Shown here piece by piece: positions 9,706 to 18,077 of a stretch of 64,000 nucleotides of DNA. The stretch is taken from assembly GCA_018653315.1 (NCBI GenBank), contig JABIAL010000007.1, positions 11,348 through 75,347 on the forward strand, in the 5' to 3' direction. The position numbers and the translations under genes were made by a program. Every line of letters begins with the position of its first letter. Position 1 is the first letter of the stretch. The stretch is from a bacterium. Its GTDB lineage: Bacteria > Patescibacteriota > Patescibacteriia > UBA1558 > GWA2-36-10. Under the pieces are notes generated by a model. The model saw nothing but the letters and a program-made list of their open reading frames with translations. It was not told the origin of the DNA and did not search any database.

Positions 9706-10251
9706 TCATTTTCCATTTCTGTAGGTGACACCAAGCTTGAAGACATCTGTTAAGATTTCTTCGAATGCCTCAAGGCTATCCTGCATAAATTCCAGGCTGC
9801 ACATGAGATCAAAGGCGTCTCCAAGATCGTCTCTGGTGAAAGATTTGAACGCAATTACGTTTTCATCTCCACCGGCAAGCTTGATTTCTGTTTGAACTTT
9901 TTGGGGGGACGTAAATGGCGTAATAAACACATCAATGCTTCCGTCTAATTCGGAAGCAGCTAGATTGAAAGTGTCAGACACCTCTTCGTCCCTCGTTTCT
10001 CTCGTACTCGTTAGCTCTGCCTGAGCTACGGTCAGAATGCGAACATCTACTGCAACTGGGGTTTGCTTAGCTGATCCGATGACAAAGTCAACGTCGAGCC
10101 CTGAAGCAAGAGCTTTTTCACCTGAGAAGGCAATAAGCTTTTTACTGTTGAGCGGATGACCGTTTTCATTGACCCTGATTTTCCACAGTTTTTTGCCGTG
10201 GGCTCCAGGGTCTGATCCGACCACAAAACCTTTTACTCTTTCCTGAGTCAT
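9706..10251 (-). CDS. hypothetical protein (possible N-terminal OB-fold-like region, acidic C-terminus)
   Basis: 181 aa, translationally coupled to the REC gene and with the same high-GC composition. No confident family. Confidence 0.45.
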   Translation of the reverse strand: MTQERVKGFVVGSDPGAHGKKLWKIRVNENGHPLNSKKLIAFSGEKALASGLDVDFVIGSAKQTPVAVDVRILTVAQAELTSTRETRDEEVSDTFNLAASELDGSIDVFITPFTSPQKVQTEIKLAGGDENVIAFKSFTRDDLGDAFDLMCSLEFMQDSLEAFEEILTDVFKLGVTYRNGK

Positions 10252-10397
10252 GATTCTTTCTCCTTTTTCCTTTTTACCTTTTTCCTTTTGGACTACTGCC
10301 TGTAATCCACCTTTTTAAAGAGCTATTCCCAAACCGGGGAATAATCAAAAGTAACATTTTTGTTTAATTTTGTCAATAGTAGCTAAAAATGCTTGAA

Positions 10398-10426
10398 TTG
10401 CCTGTTTATTTCAGTGGTGGTAAAAT
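10398..10426 (+). promoter_or_regulatory. sigma70 promoter, copy 3 of the plus-strand cassette
   Basis: Reads TTGCCT-17-TAAAAT, 24 nt upstream of the ATG at 10450. Confidence 0.6.
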
Positions 10427-10449
10427 ATATGTAATATTAACATAAAAAT

Positions 10450-11217
10450 ATGACTAAAGATTTAACGAATCAATTCTTTGACATTAATAAATTTCCAACT
10501 GAGGAAGGAATGCTTGTTTTTCCTATCTCCATGAGTCGCATTAGCAATGAATCGCAAAACGCTAAGAAATACTGGGAATATGTTAATTTTATCAATCCGA
10601 GCAAAGTCGATAAATCAAAAGCCGAATCAAAGGTTGGAGTAATTTTTATTTATGGAGATTATTTGTATCTGCATTCAGATGAAAAAGCTAGCGTTCTCAA
10701 GAGAAGATATATGGATTTAGTAACTACCCACAGAAATTCTTTTGGAAATTTACTTAAAAGTGACTCCCATTTAATCAATGATGGTTTTTCATATAAAGTT
10801 TGGAATCAATTTTATGTTGACTATGGTAGATTCATTTATTATTTTGAAGAATTAAAAAAAATCTACCAAAAAGATAAAGAATTTCAAAAATACATAAAAG
10901 AAGATTTTGATAATTTAGATAATAAAGATCTTAAGCTTGATGATAACCAGATAAATTTTTTCTTAGAAGAGCACCTGATGCTTCATTTAATTACTAAAGG
11001 ACAGATGAAATTAGAGAATAAATTTATTGATGGGCGTGAAAAGTGGATTTTAATGTCTTACCCAGGCAAGCCACTCAAAGCTCATATTTATTTACATCAA
11101 AAGAATTTTTTCAAATTAGATAATCCAAAAAATGTTTATCAAGATTCGTGGTATGACTTAGAAGGTAAAAAACTTTATGATTATAAAAAAATAGATTTAG
11201 AAACTGTTAAATTATAA
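10450..11217 (+). CDS. hypothetical protein, paralog B of the MTKDLTNQFFDINK family
   Basis: 255 aa, colinear with the ORF at 7922-8677. Confidence 0.55.
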   Translation: MTKDLTNQFFDINKFPTEEGMLVFPISMSRISNESQNAKKYWEYVNFINPSKVDKSKAESKVGVIFIYGDYLYLHSDEKASVLKRRYMDLVTTHRNSFGNLLKSDSHLINDGFSYKVWNQFYVDYGRFIYYFEELKKIYQKDKEFQKYIKEDFDNLDNKDLKLDDNQINFFLEEHLMLHLITKGQMKLENKFIDGREKWILMSYPGKPLKAHIYLHQKNFFKLDNPKNVYQDSWYDLEGKKLYDYKKIDLETVKL

Positions 11218-11231
11218 GAAATAAAATTATT

Positions 11232-11546
11232 ATGGAAATAAAAGAATTACAAAAACAAGCCTCAGAAATTTTTATAAATAATTCTAAAAGAGATGGTATC
11301 AAAGTTGATACAGATTATTTAATTTTAAAATTAACAGAGGAGCTTGGCGAGTTTGTTCAATCTTATATAGTACACGAAAGAAGATGTCGTCCAGCAAAGT
11401 ATTTATCTGCAAAAGAAGCTAAAAGAGAATTATCTAAAGAGCTAGCCGATGTTTTGGGTTTAGTTTTTTCAATTGCAGACAAATGTGATATCGATATCGA
11501 AGAAGCTTTAGTTAAAAAATGGATAACCAAAGAGTGGATTAAATAA
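11232..11546 (+). CDS. MazG-like nucleotide pyrophosphohydrolase (small all-alpha NTP-PPase)
   Basis: Contains LTEELGEF...ELADVLG..., which is the EExGE / ExxD pattern of short MazG-type proteins. It is 104 aa. Confidence 0.5.
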   Translation: MEIKELQKQASEIFINNSKRDGIKVDTDYLILKLTEELGEFVQSYIVHERRCRPAKYLSAKEAKRELSKELADVLGLVFSIADKCDIDIEEALVKKWITKEWIK

Positions 11547-11552
11547 TATAAT

Positions 11553-11822
11553 ATGGAAATAAAATTAATAAAAAAAGACGAAAGAGGCACAAAATATCAA
11601 GCCGAAGGCTTTAAGATTTTTTATAGAGATAAAAATACCATTACCGGCGATAACGCTGAAAATGTAGCAGAGTTAATATACTTCATTACTGGTTCAGCAG
11701 AAATTACTTTAGAAGATAAAACTTGGGTAGTTGAAGCTCCGGCTAAAGTAGAATTTCCCGCCAAAACTTATCATAAAATCAAGGCTTTGACGGACGTAAG
11801 TTTTATTTTATTTGAGAAATAA
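11553..11822 (+). CDS. hypothetical small protein, cupin-like beta-barrel (weak)
   Basis: 89 aa. The residue pattern is compatible with a small cupin. Weak call. Confidence 0.3.
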   Translation: MEIKLIKKDERGTKYQAEGFKIFYRDKNTITGDNAENVAELIYFITGSAEITLEDKTWVVEAPAKVEFPAKTYHKIKALTDVSFILFEK

Positions 11823-12096
11823 AAATATGAATTCAGCAAAAGAACTAGAAAAGCAAATAGAGAAAATAAAAAAACGAAATCAACAAGTAGAGGCAGATAA
11901 GGCTTGGGAAATAAGTTGGACTCGTAGATTTGTGCTTCTTATTTTTACTTATATTGTGATTGTAATCTTTTTCTTTTTTGCTCAATTACCCAACCCATTT
12001 ATAAATGCCATAATAACAGCAGTTGCCTTTGTGATTTCTACATTGTCTGTGCCTTTATTTAAAAAATGGTGGTTAAGTAAATTTTATAGAAAATAA
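11812..12096 (+). CDS. hypothetical small membrane protein
   Basis: 94 aa with a basic N-terminus followed by 2 TM helices. Confidence 0.4.
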   Translation: MRNKNMNSAKELEKQIEKIKKRNQQVEADKAWEISWTRRFVLLIFTYIVIVIFFFFAQLPNPFINAIITAVAFVISTLSVPLFKKWWLSKFYRK

Positions 12097-12109
12097 AATT
12101 AATAAAAAT

Positions 12110-12544
12110 ATGTTATATAATCACACACAAGTTGGGCGTCTAATGGTTACTATTTTATTTATTATCGCTGTTTATTTTGGTTTTATTTTAAAGACAGTAG
12201 AATCTGATAGATCCATTATAACTGTATTAATTTTAGTTTCATTTATTTTACTTTCTTTTGTATCACTTAATGTAACGATTGATGAAAAGCATCTACGAAT
12301 TAAATTTGGTTATGGTATATTTAGAAAACATTTTGCGCTTTCAGAAATAATTTCTGTTAAATCTGTAAAAAATCATTGGTATTATGGCTGGGGCATTAGA
12401 GCATGGTTTTGGCCATATATGCGTATTTTTAATGTATCTGGTTTTGATGCAGTTGAGATCAGAATGAAAGATAGTAAAATATATAGAATAGGTACGGATG
12501 AATCTCAAAAGCTAGAGCTTGCTATTACGGAAGCTATTAAATAA
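12110..12544 (+). CDS. membrane-anchored bacterial PH-domain (bPH_2/YdbT-like) protein
   Basis: Two N-terminal TM helices are followed by a ~70-aa domain (HLRIKFGYGIFRKHFALSEI...IYRIGTDESQ) resembling bPH_2. Confidence 0.4.
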   Translation: MLYNHTQVGRLMVTILFIIAVYFGFILKTVESDRSIITVLILVSFILLSFVSLNVTIDEKHLRIKFGYGIFRKHFALSEIISVKSVKNHWYYGWGIRAWFWPYMRIFNVSGFDAVEIRMKDSKIYRIGTDESQKLELAITEAIK

Positions 12545-12614
12545 AATTAATAAAAAATAGTAAAAAAAGAGGGAGCTTAGTATTTCTACTAAACCCCCAA
12601 ATGACAGGTGGTTA

Positions 12615-12857
12615 TTAACCGCGACTTGAAGTCACGATTTTCGGTATGGCATACCAGCAAATGAATGCCATGATTGCTGCCGTGATTATTCCGGCTGGAA
12701 TAGCTTTAACGAAATACTGAAATTCCGTAGCCAGGCTTACTCCACTAAATTCCCAAGACATAGCAATATAGTTGATGTCGTGGAAGAGTGGTGTAATAAG
12801 AGCAGTGCACAGAGCTATCCAAATAATTCCGATTAGTGTAATTTTTAAAGTTTTCAT
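12615..12857 (-). CDS. hypothetical small membrane protein
   Basis: 80 aa with 2 TM helices. GAGGAG lies upstream, and a consensus promoter lies at 12907-12935. Confidence 0.5.
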   Translation of the reverse strand: MKTLKITLIGIIWIALCTALITPLFHDINYIAMSWEFSGVSLATEFQYFVKAIPAGIITAAIMAFICWYAIPKIVTSSRG

Positions 12858-12906
12858 GAAAAGAACTCCTCGTTACTTGAAATATTGGTTAAACTTGAAT
12901 AATGTC

Positions 12907-12935
12907 ATTATAGCATATATTCACTATTCTGTCAA
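12907..12935 (-). promoter_or_regulatory. sigma70 promoter with extended -10 (copy D)
   Basis: On the minus strand it reads TTGACA-17-(TGc)TATAAT. Confidence 0.65.
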
Positions 12936-12968
12936 TAGTAATAAATATAGTTGAAAGTAAGTAAAATC

Positions 12969-12997
12969 TTGACTATTTAAGCATTTTAGTCTATAAT
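12969..12997 (+). promoter_or_regulatory. consensus sigma70 promoter for the tRNA-Thr/rpmG/tRNA-Trp transcript
   Basis: Reads TTGACT-17-TATAAT, about 125 nt upstream of tRNA-Thr. Confidence 0.6.
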
Positions 12998-13125
12998 CTA
13001 CTTTGTAATTTTAAATACTGCCGGAATAGCTCCCTTCGACTCACTTCGTTCACTCAGGGCAGGCAGTTGAAATTATAAGCTGCGTACAGCCAAACAAACA
13101 GCGGTTTAAACTTCATTTTTTATCA

Positions 13126-13201
13126 GCCGGAATAGCTCAGTTGGTAGAGCAGTAGTTTTGTAAACTACGGGTCACGGGTTCGAGTCCTGTTTCCGGCTCC
13201 A
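13126..13201 (+). tRNA. tRNA-Thr (anticodon UGU), CCA encoded
   Basis: The cloverleaf was folded by hand: acceptor gccggaa/ttccggc, D arm gctc..gagc, anticodon stem gtagt/actac with loop tttgtaa, T arm acggg-ttcgagt-cctgt, then CCA. Confidence 0.85.
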
Positions 13202-13231
13202 TTCGATTTATATTAATTAAAGAATACACAG

Positions 13232-13387
13232 ATGTCACAAGATAACTTAGCAAAGTTGGAATGTACTGAATGTCACGGTATTAATTATTATTCTCATCGT
13301 AATAAGAAAGCTATTAAAGAACGATTAGAGTTAAAAAAATATTGTAACAAGTGTAAACAACATACTGCTCACAAAGAAACTAAATAA
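13232..13387 (+). CDS. rpmG: 50S ribosomal protein L33 (zinc-ribbon, Cys4 form)
   Basis: Translates to MSQDNLAKLECTECHGINYYSHRNKKAIKERLELKKYCNKCKQHTAHKETK (51 aa). It is absent from the ORF track because it is under 60 aa. The C..C...C..C plus YxxxxN...LEL.KYC..C..H pattern is L33. It lies between tRNA-Thr and tRNA-Trp, as in many bacteria. Confidence 0.8.
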   Translation: MSQDNLAKLECTECHGINYYSHRNKKAIKERLELKKYCNKCKQHTAHKETK

Positions 13388-13426
13388 TCCCGTCCAGAAA
13401 ATAATCTCGGTGGGATTATTTTACAA

Positions 13427-13500
13427 GGGGGCGTCGTATAGTGGTAGTACAGGGGTCTCCAAAACCTCTTGCGTGGGTTCGATTCCTACCGCCCCTGCCA
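13427..13500 (+). tRNA. tRNA-Trp (anticodon CCA), CCA encoded
   Basis: The cloverleaf was folded by hand: acceptor gggggcg/cgcccct (G1-U72), D stem gtat/gtac, anticodon stem ggggt/acctc with loop ctccaaa, T arm gtggg-ttcgatt-cctac, then CCA. Confidence 0.8.
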
Positions 13501-13645
13501 CTCGATTCATTTTTACTTTGTAAAAACTCACTCGTGGTCGCCGGTGTCTTAAAACACCTCTGACCGTTATATTTAATAGTCGAGTGTCTTGAGCGAATGT
13601 AATGAGTCGAAAGGCAAAGATTTACCCATTTAGGGTATTTTTTTG

Positions 13646-15229
13646 TTATTCGGAGTCTTTATGCTCGTTTTTTATTATCATTAGGTCGTCTACTTGGTTT
13701 AAGATTTTACTAGTCGAATATTGTGGAGGTAATTCTAATAAAGATTGTTTGCTCATAATAATCATTTTTCCTTCTTTCCAGACTTGTGCTAGATTCGCTT
13801 CATTAATAATGACCTCATGATTTATATTATTAGCTTTTAAATAAAAAATATTACTAGGGTTTAAATCAATCACGTAAACATTATGAATCAAGTCCCCGTA
13901 TACTGCTGTTTCTTGACCATTATAATTTTTAATAAGCTCATTAAATGGGGATGGCTGAGGGTATAATACATTATTTTTAATCCCTTGCCAGTTAATAATC
14001 AGACCGCCAGCAATTAGGCCAAATATAAGTGCGTTAACAATGCAGTCTATAGCTCTTTTCTTTTTATTAAGCAGGATCCAGCTAATTACTAAAACAATGA
14101 TTGTTACAATTATAAAATATTTGTTATTTATAGCATCAAAAGGATAAAAACCTACAATTAGAAGTCCTAGACTGGCCAGTTTTAGAGATAGCTTTTCTTT
14201 GGCTAAGTTCCAGACAAAATTAGCTAAAATCATTAACAAGGGAATAACTGCTGGTAAAATATGCCAATGCATTTTTGAGTGAACTAAACTGAATACAAAT
14301 AATATTGTTAAAAACCAAAGTAGTGGTACTGAATTTTTTTTAAATTTTTTAAAACTATTAATGATCGCTAGGATGCTTAGATAAAAAAACGGCGCTATTG
14401 ACCAAGACAAAAACCAGAAATACCACCAGATTGGTCGTAAGTGGTTACCAAAGCTAGGTTTAATTCTATTTGCAATTTGACTTTGCCAGAAATCATGAAT
14501 AAATACCTCTCGCAGAAAAATATAATTACCTATTAACCATGGGCTGATAAAAATTAAGCTCAAAAGAAAGGACCAAAATAGTTGCTTTATCAGTTTTTTA
14601 CTTCTGCTAGTTATTAGCCAATCAAAAAATATAATTAGAAAAATGGGGACTATCATCAGACTTTTTATCCAAAAACCTCCAGCAAGACCAATCGCAATTC
14701 CGAGTGCCCACCACTGCCATTTCTTCCCAGTTTTTAAATGCCAATACGAAAATAAAGCTATTAACTCAAAAAATATTAAAGCCATGTCGAAATCACCAGT
14801 TCGACCGATATGCTCAGTCACAAACAGTTGTGATATTATTAAAAAAATTATCGCTAGAAGTCCTGATTGGTTGTTCCAGATTTTTCTTGACCATAAATAT
14901 AACAATAGACAATTCAAAACAAGAAATAATGCAGGTATTATTCTAATTGCTAAGGCAGTTAGATCAAAAAATTTAAATGAAATTTGGTTAAGCCAGAAAT
15001 GCAGAGGTGGTTTCTCTAGCCATGGTTGCTCACTATACCTGGGAACTAGATAATCGCCAGTTTGCTGCATCTCTATACTAATTTTCGCGTATATTCCTTC
15101 ATCAGCGTTATTTATTTCCTGAACGCCTAGCTTATTAAAGCTAAAAAATACAACTACTGCAAAAACCAATATAAAACTTAATATTCGAAACAGTTTACTT
15201 GTAAATATATTGATAATAAATCTACTCAT
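13646..15229 (-). CDS. GT-C fold glycosyltransferase, ArnT/PMT (GT83/GT39)-like polyprenyl-phosphate-sugar transferase
   Basis: 527 aa with about 12 TM helices. The first-loop motif DEGIYA, a periplasmic loop and the PMT/ArnT topology are present. A TGcTATAAT -10 lies 6 nt from the ATG, so the mRNA is probably leaderless. Confidence 0.6.
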   Translation of the reverse strand: MSRFIINIFTSKLFRILSFILVFAVVVFFSFNKLGVQEINNADEGIYAKISIEMQQTGDYLVPRYSEQPWLEKPPLHFWLNQISFKFFDLTALAIRIIPALFLVLNCLLLYLWSRKIWNNQSGLLAIIFLIISQLFVTEHIGRTGDFDMALIFFELIALFSYWHLKTGKKWQWWALGIAIGLAGGFWIKSLMIVPIFLIIFFDWLITSRSKKLIKQLFWSFLLSLIFISPWLIGNYIFLREVFIHDFWQSQIANRIKPSFGNHLRPIWWYFWFLSWSIAPFFYLSILAIINSFKKFKKNSVPLLWFLTILFVFSLVHSKMHWHILPAVIPLLMILANFVWNLAKEKLSLKLASLGLLIVGFYPFDAINNKYFIIVTIIVLVISWILLNKKKRAIDCIVNALIFGLIAGGLIINWQGIKNNVLYPQPSPFNELIKNYNGQETAVYGDLIHNVYVIDLNPSNIFYLKANNINHEVIINEANLAQVWKEGKMIIMSKQSLLELPPQYSTSKILNQVDDLMIIKNEHKDSE

Positions 15230-15286
15230 AATTTGATTATAGCATATTGCATTCTCAAAAAGAACGATTAGAATTAGGGTATTTTT

Positions 15287-15535
15287 TTGTTTCTTTATTT
15301 CTTCAAAAGGCGTATAATAAAAGTATATTTAATAAGTAAACATAAAATTATGAACTTATTTAAAAACACTACTTGGAAGTGGTATGAACTCAAGTTTATC
15401 TCTTGGGGCGGAATATTCCTAGGTTTAGCACTAGGCACTTATTTTCATCAATGGCTAACCAATTGGTTGACATTAATTTGGATTATATTTGCTATCTTAT
15501 GGCTATACATCATAGTTGTTTGGTTTAAGAAGTAA
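15287..15535 (+). CDS. hypothetical small membrane protein
   Basis: 82 aa with 2 TM helices. Confidence 0.35.
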   Translation: MFLYFFKRRIIKVYLISKHKIMNLFKNTTWKWYELKFISWGGIFLGLALGTYFHQWLTNWLTLIWIIFAILWLYIIVVWFKK

Positions 15536-15547
15536 CATATAAAAATT

Positions 15548-15883
15548 ATGAAAATATGCATGGCTTGTGGTATGCCACTAAATAATTCTGATGATATTGG
15601 GATTGAAAATGAAACTGGTTTATTTTGCAAACACTGTATCAATGAAGACAAGAGCGTCAAAGGTTGTCAAGAGATTTTTGATGGCGGAGTACAATTTTTT
15701 ATGGAAGCAGTACCAAATACAGATAAAGAATTATCCGAACGTATAACTCGTAAAAATATGAATGCTTTAGCTTATTGGCAAGGCAAAGATCCTTCGACTA
15801 ATGCTCAGGATGAATGTTTAAAAGGCGATCAGGCTAGTGATGAAGAATTTCAAGTAGTTTTAACAAAATTAGCTAGTAAATAA
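15548..15883 (+). CDS. hypothetical protein with N-terminal CxxC...CxxC zinc-ribbon
   Basis: Contains CMACGMPL...FCKHC. It is 111 aa. Confidence 0.4.
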   Translation: MKICMACGMPLNNSDDIGIENETGLFCKHCINEDKSVKGCQEIFDGGVQFFMEAVPNTDKELSERITRKNMNALAYWQGKDPSTNAQDECLKGDQASDEEFQVVLTKLASK

Positions 15884-15931
15884 ATCATATTTTAATGTAT
15901 ATAATTAGTTTAATAAAATAATAAAAAATTT

Positions 15932-16138
15932 ATGGGTGAACAAAATCAAAATATACCTCAAGGTGAGACTAAGAAAGAAAAATGCACAAAAATGAAACCA
16001 CTTTGGTGCCAAGCTATATTTGGCGTATTAATTATCATATTAGTTTGGTGGTGGACTCCATCATGGGCTGATATTGCCATTACAGTCTTAGCTGCATTGA
16101 TAATTATTCGCTCATTTTGTGTAAAGAATCTTAAATAA
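15932..16138 (+). CDS. hypothetical small membrane protein
   Basis: 68 aa with a charged N-terminus followed by 2 TM helices. An intrinsic terminator follows it. Confidence 0.4.
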   Translation: MGEQNQNIPQGETKKEKCTKMKPLWCQAIFGVLIIILVWWWTPSWADIAITVLAALIIIRSFCVKNLK

Positions 16139-16163
16139 AAGAAAGTTAATTATTGTATTTTAT

Positions 16164-16196
16164 GCGCGGCCAGCATTGCTAGCCGCGCGTTTTTAT
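16164..16196 (+). terminator. intrinsic terminator
   Basis: The stem gcgcggc...gccgcgc is followed by TTTTTAT. Confidence 0.75.
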
Positions 16197-16217
16197 TTAA
16201 ATAAAGGCTTAATAACC

Positions 16218-16246
16218 TTGACAAAAACTTAATTTTAGCTTATAAT
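16218..16246 (+). promoter_or_regulatory. consensus sigma70 promoter for typA
   Basis: Reads TTGACA-17-TATAAT. It is followed by a leader hairpin, atccgcg-tttagc-cgcggat, and then a T-rich tract. Confidence 0.65.
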
Positions 16247-16304
16247 TCTGACCTATAAACCATCCGCGTTTAGCCGCGGATTTTAATTTACCGTAATTTA
16301 AGCT

Positions 16305-18077
16305 ATGGATATTCGTAATATTGCTATTATTGCTCACGTTGATCACGGAAAAACTACCTTAACTGATGCTATGATGCGTCAAACAGGTATGGTGGAAGAT
16401 GGTCAAAGCATGGATTCAAACGCTCTAGAACAAGAGCGTGGCATTACTATTTATGCTAAAAACGCTTCTTTGATCTATAAAGATACTAAGGTTAATATTG
16501 TAGATACTCCTGGTCATGCTGATTTTGGTTCAGAAGTGGAGCGTGTTTTGCGTTCTATTGATTCAGTTTTGTTAGTTGTTGATGCTCAAGAAGGTCCAAT
16601 GCCACAAACTAAGTTTGTGCTTAAGAAATCTTTAGAGCTAGGTTTAAGACCAATTGTAGTAATAAATAAAATAGATAAACCAGCCGCTGACGTAGCAACT
16701 TGCGAAGATAAAGTCTTGGAATTATTTATGGATTTAGGGGCTAGTAATGAACAATTAGCTTTTCATACTGTTTATGCTATTGGTATCCAAGGAGTAGCTA
16801 AACGAAATATAGAAGATGAATTTAAAGATTTATCTCCACTATTAGATTCTATTTTAGAACATGTTCCAGTTGCTCCACATAATATCGATACACCTTTGCG
16901 TATGCAACCATTTAATCTAGCCTATGATGACTATCTAGGACGATTAGCTATTGGTCGTATTTATGAAGGTATTATCAAACAAGGACAAAAAGTATTTATT
17001 AAAAATATAAAAGGCGAGTTACGTCATAGTAAAATTACTAAGCTTTATACTTTTCATGGTTTTGATCGTCAAGAAGTAGCTAGTGCTGAAGCTGGTGAGT
17101 TAGTTATGATTGCTGGTGTTGTCGATATAGATATTGGTGAAACTATTAGTGAGCTTGAAGATCAAGAGTCACTGCCAGCTATTCATGTTGATGAGCCAAC
17201 TATTTCTATGGATTTGATGATTAATAATTCTCCCTTTGCTGGGCGCGATGGAAAATATGTCACTAATTCAAAAATTAAAGAACGCTTACAAAAAGAATTA
17301 GAAGTTAATGTTGGTTTGAGGATTGATTTTGATTCTAGTGATTATTACAAAATATATGGACGTGGTGAAATGCATATTGCTATTTTATTAGAACAAATGC
17401 GTCGTGAGGGTTATGAGGTACAAGTTTCTCAGCCACATGCTATAATCAAAGAAGAGGATGGTCAAAAGTTAGAGCCATACGAGGAAGTAGTTGTTGATGT
17501 GCCGCATGATATGTCAGGTACTGTGATTGAAAAATTATCTCGTCGTAAAGGTGTAATGACTAATATTCAAACTGAGGCTACTACGCAAATGATTTTTGAA
17601 ATTCCAACTCGTGGTTTGTTGGGTTACCGAGGTGAGTTTGTAGTAGATACTAAAGGTGAGGGTATTATTGCTGCGCATGGTTTAGGATTTAAAAAACATG
17701 CTGGTAAGATTGATCACAAATATACTGGAGCAATGATTTCTATGATCGCTGGTAAAGCTTTAGGTTTTTCTTTATTTAATTTACAGGATAGAGGAGAATT
17801 ATACATTGGGCCGAACACTGAGGTTTATGAGGGTATGGTTATTGGTAATACAGCCAAAGGAGAGGCGATGACTGTAAATCCTACCAAAGGCAAGCAATTG
17901 TCTAATATGCGCTCTTCTGGAGCCGATGAGGCTATCAATTTGACCAAACCAATTGAGATTACTATTGAGCGTGGTCTAGAAATGATGTCAGATGATGAAT
18001 ATTTAGAGATTACTCCACATAATATACGTTTACGTAAACAAGTTCTTAATGAGGGCATGCGTAAAAAAACTAAATAA
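16305..18077 (+). CDS. typA: ribosome-associated translational GTPase TypA/BipA
   Basis: The G domain has AHVDHGKTT, DTPGH and NKID. The 590-aa length and the EF-G-like domains with a BipA-type C-terminus fit TypA. Confidence 0.9.
   Translation: MDIRNIAIIAHVDHGKTTLTDAMMRQTGMVEDGQSMDSNALEQERGITIYAKNASLIYKDTKVNIVDTPGHADFGSEVERVLRSIDSVLLVVDAQEGPMPQTKFVLKKSLELGLRPIVVINKIDKPAADVATCEDKVLELFMDLGASNEQLAFHTVYAIGIQGVAKRNIEDEFKDLSPLLDSILEHVPVAPHNIDTPLRMQPFNLAYDDYLGRLAIGRIYEGIIKQGQKVFIKNIKGELRHSKITKLYTFHGFDRQEVASAEAGELVMIAGVVDIDIGETISELEDQESLPAIHVDEPTISMDLMINNSPFAGRDGKYVTNSKIKERLQKELEVNVGLRIDFDSSDYYKIYGRGEMHIAILLEQMRREGYEVQVSQPHAIIKEEDGQKLEPYEEVVVDVPHDMSGTVIEKLSRRKGVMTNIQTEATTQMIFEIPTRGLLGYRGEFVVDTKGEGIIAAHGLGFKKHAGKIDHKYTGAMISMIAGKALGFSLFNLQDRGELYIGPNTEVYEGMVIGNTAKGEAMTVNPTKGKQLSNMRSSGADEAINLTKPIEITIERGLEMMSDDEYLEITPHNIRLRKQVLNEGMRKKTK

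Noticed and set aside
12545-12614. gactt-g-aagtc hairpin near 12625
   Set aside because: It lies inside the coding 3' end of the minus-strand gene and has a short stem.
14643-15053. Plus-strand ORFs 14643-15053 and 14704-14946, and 13602-13820
   Set aside because: They are antisense to or overlapping the ArnT/PMT-like GT-C gene, which has a convincing DE-motif and TM topology.
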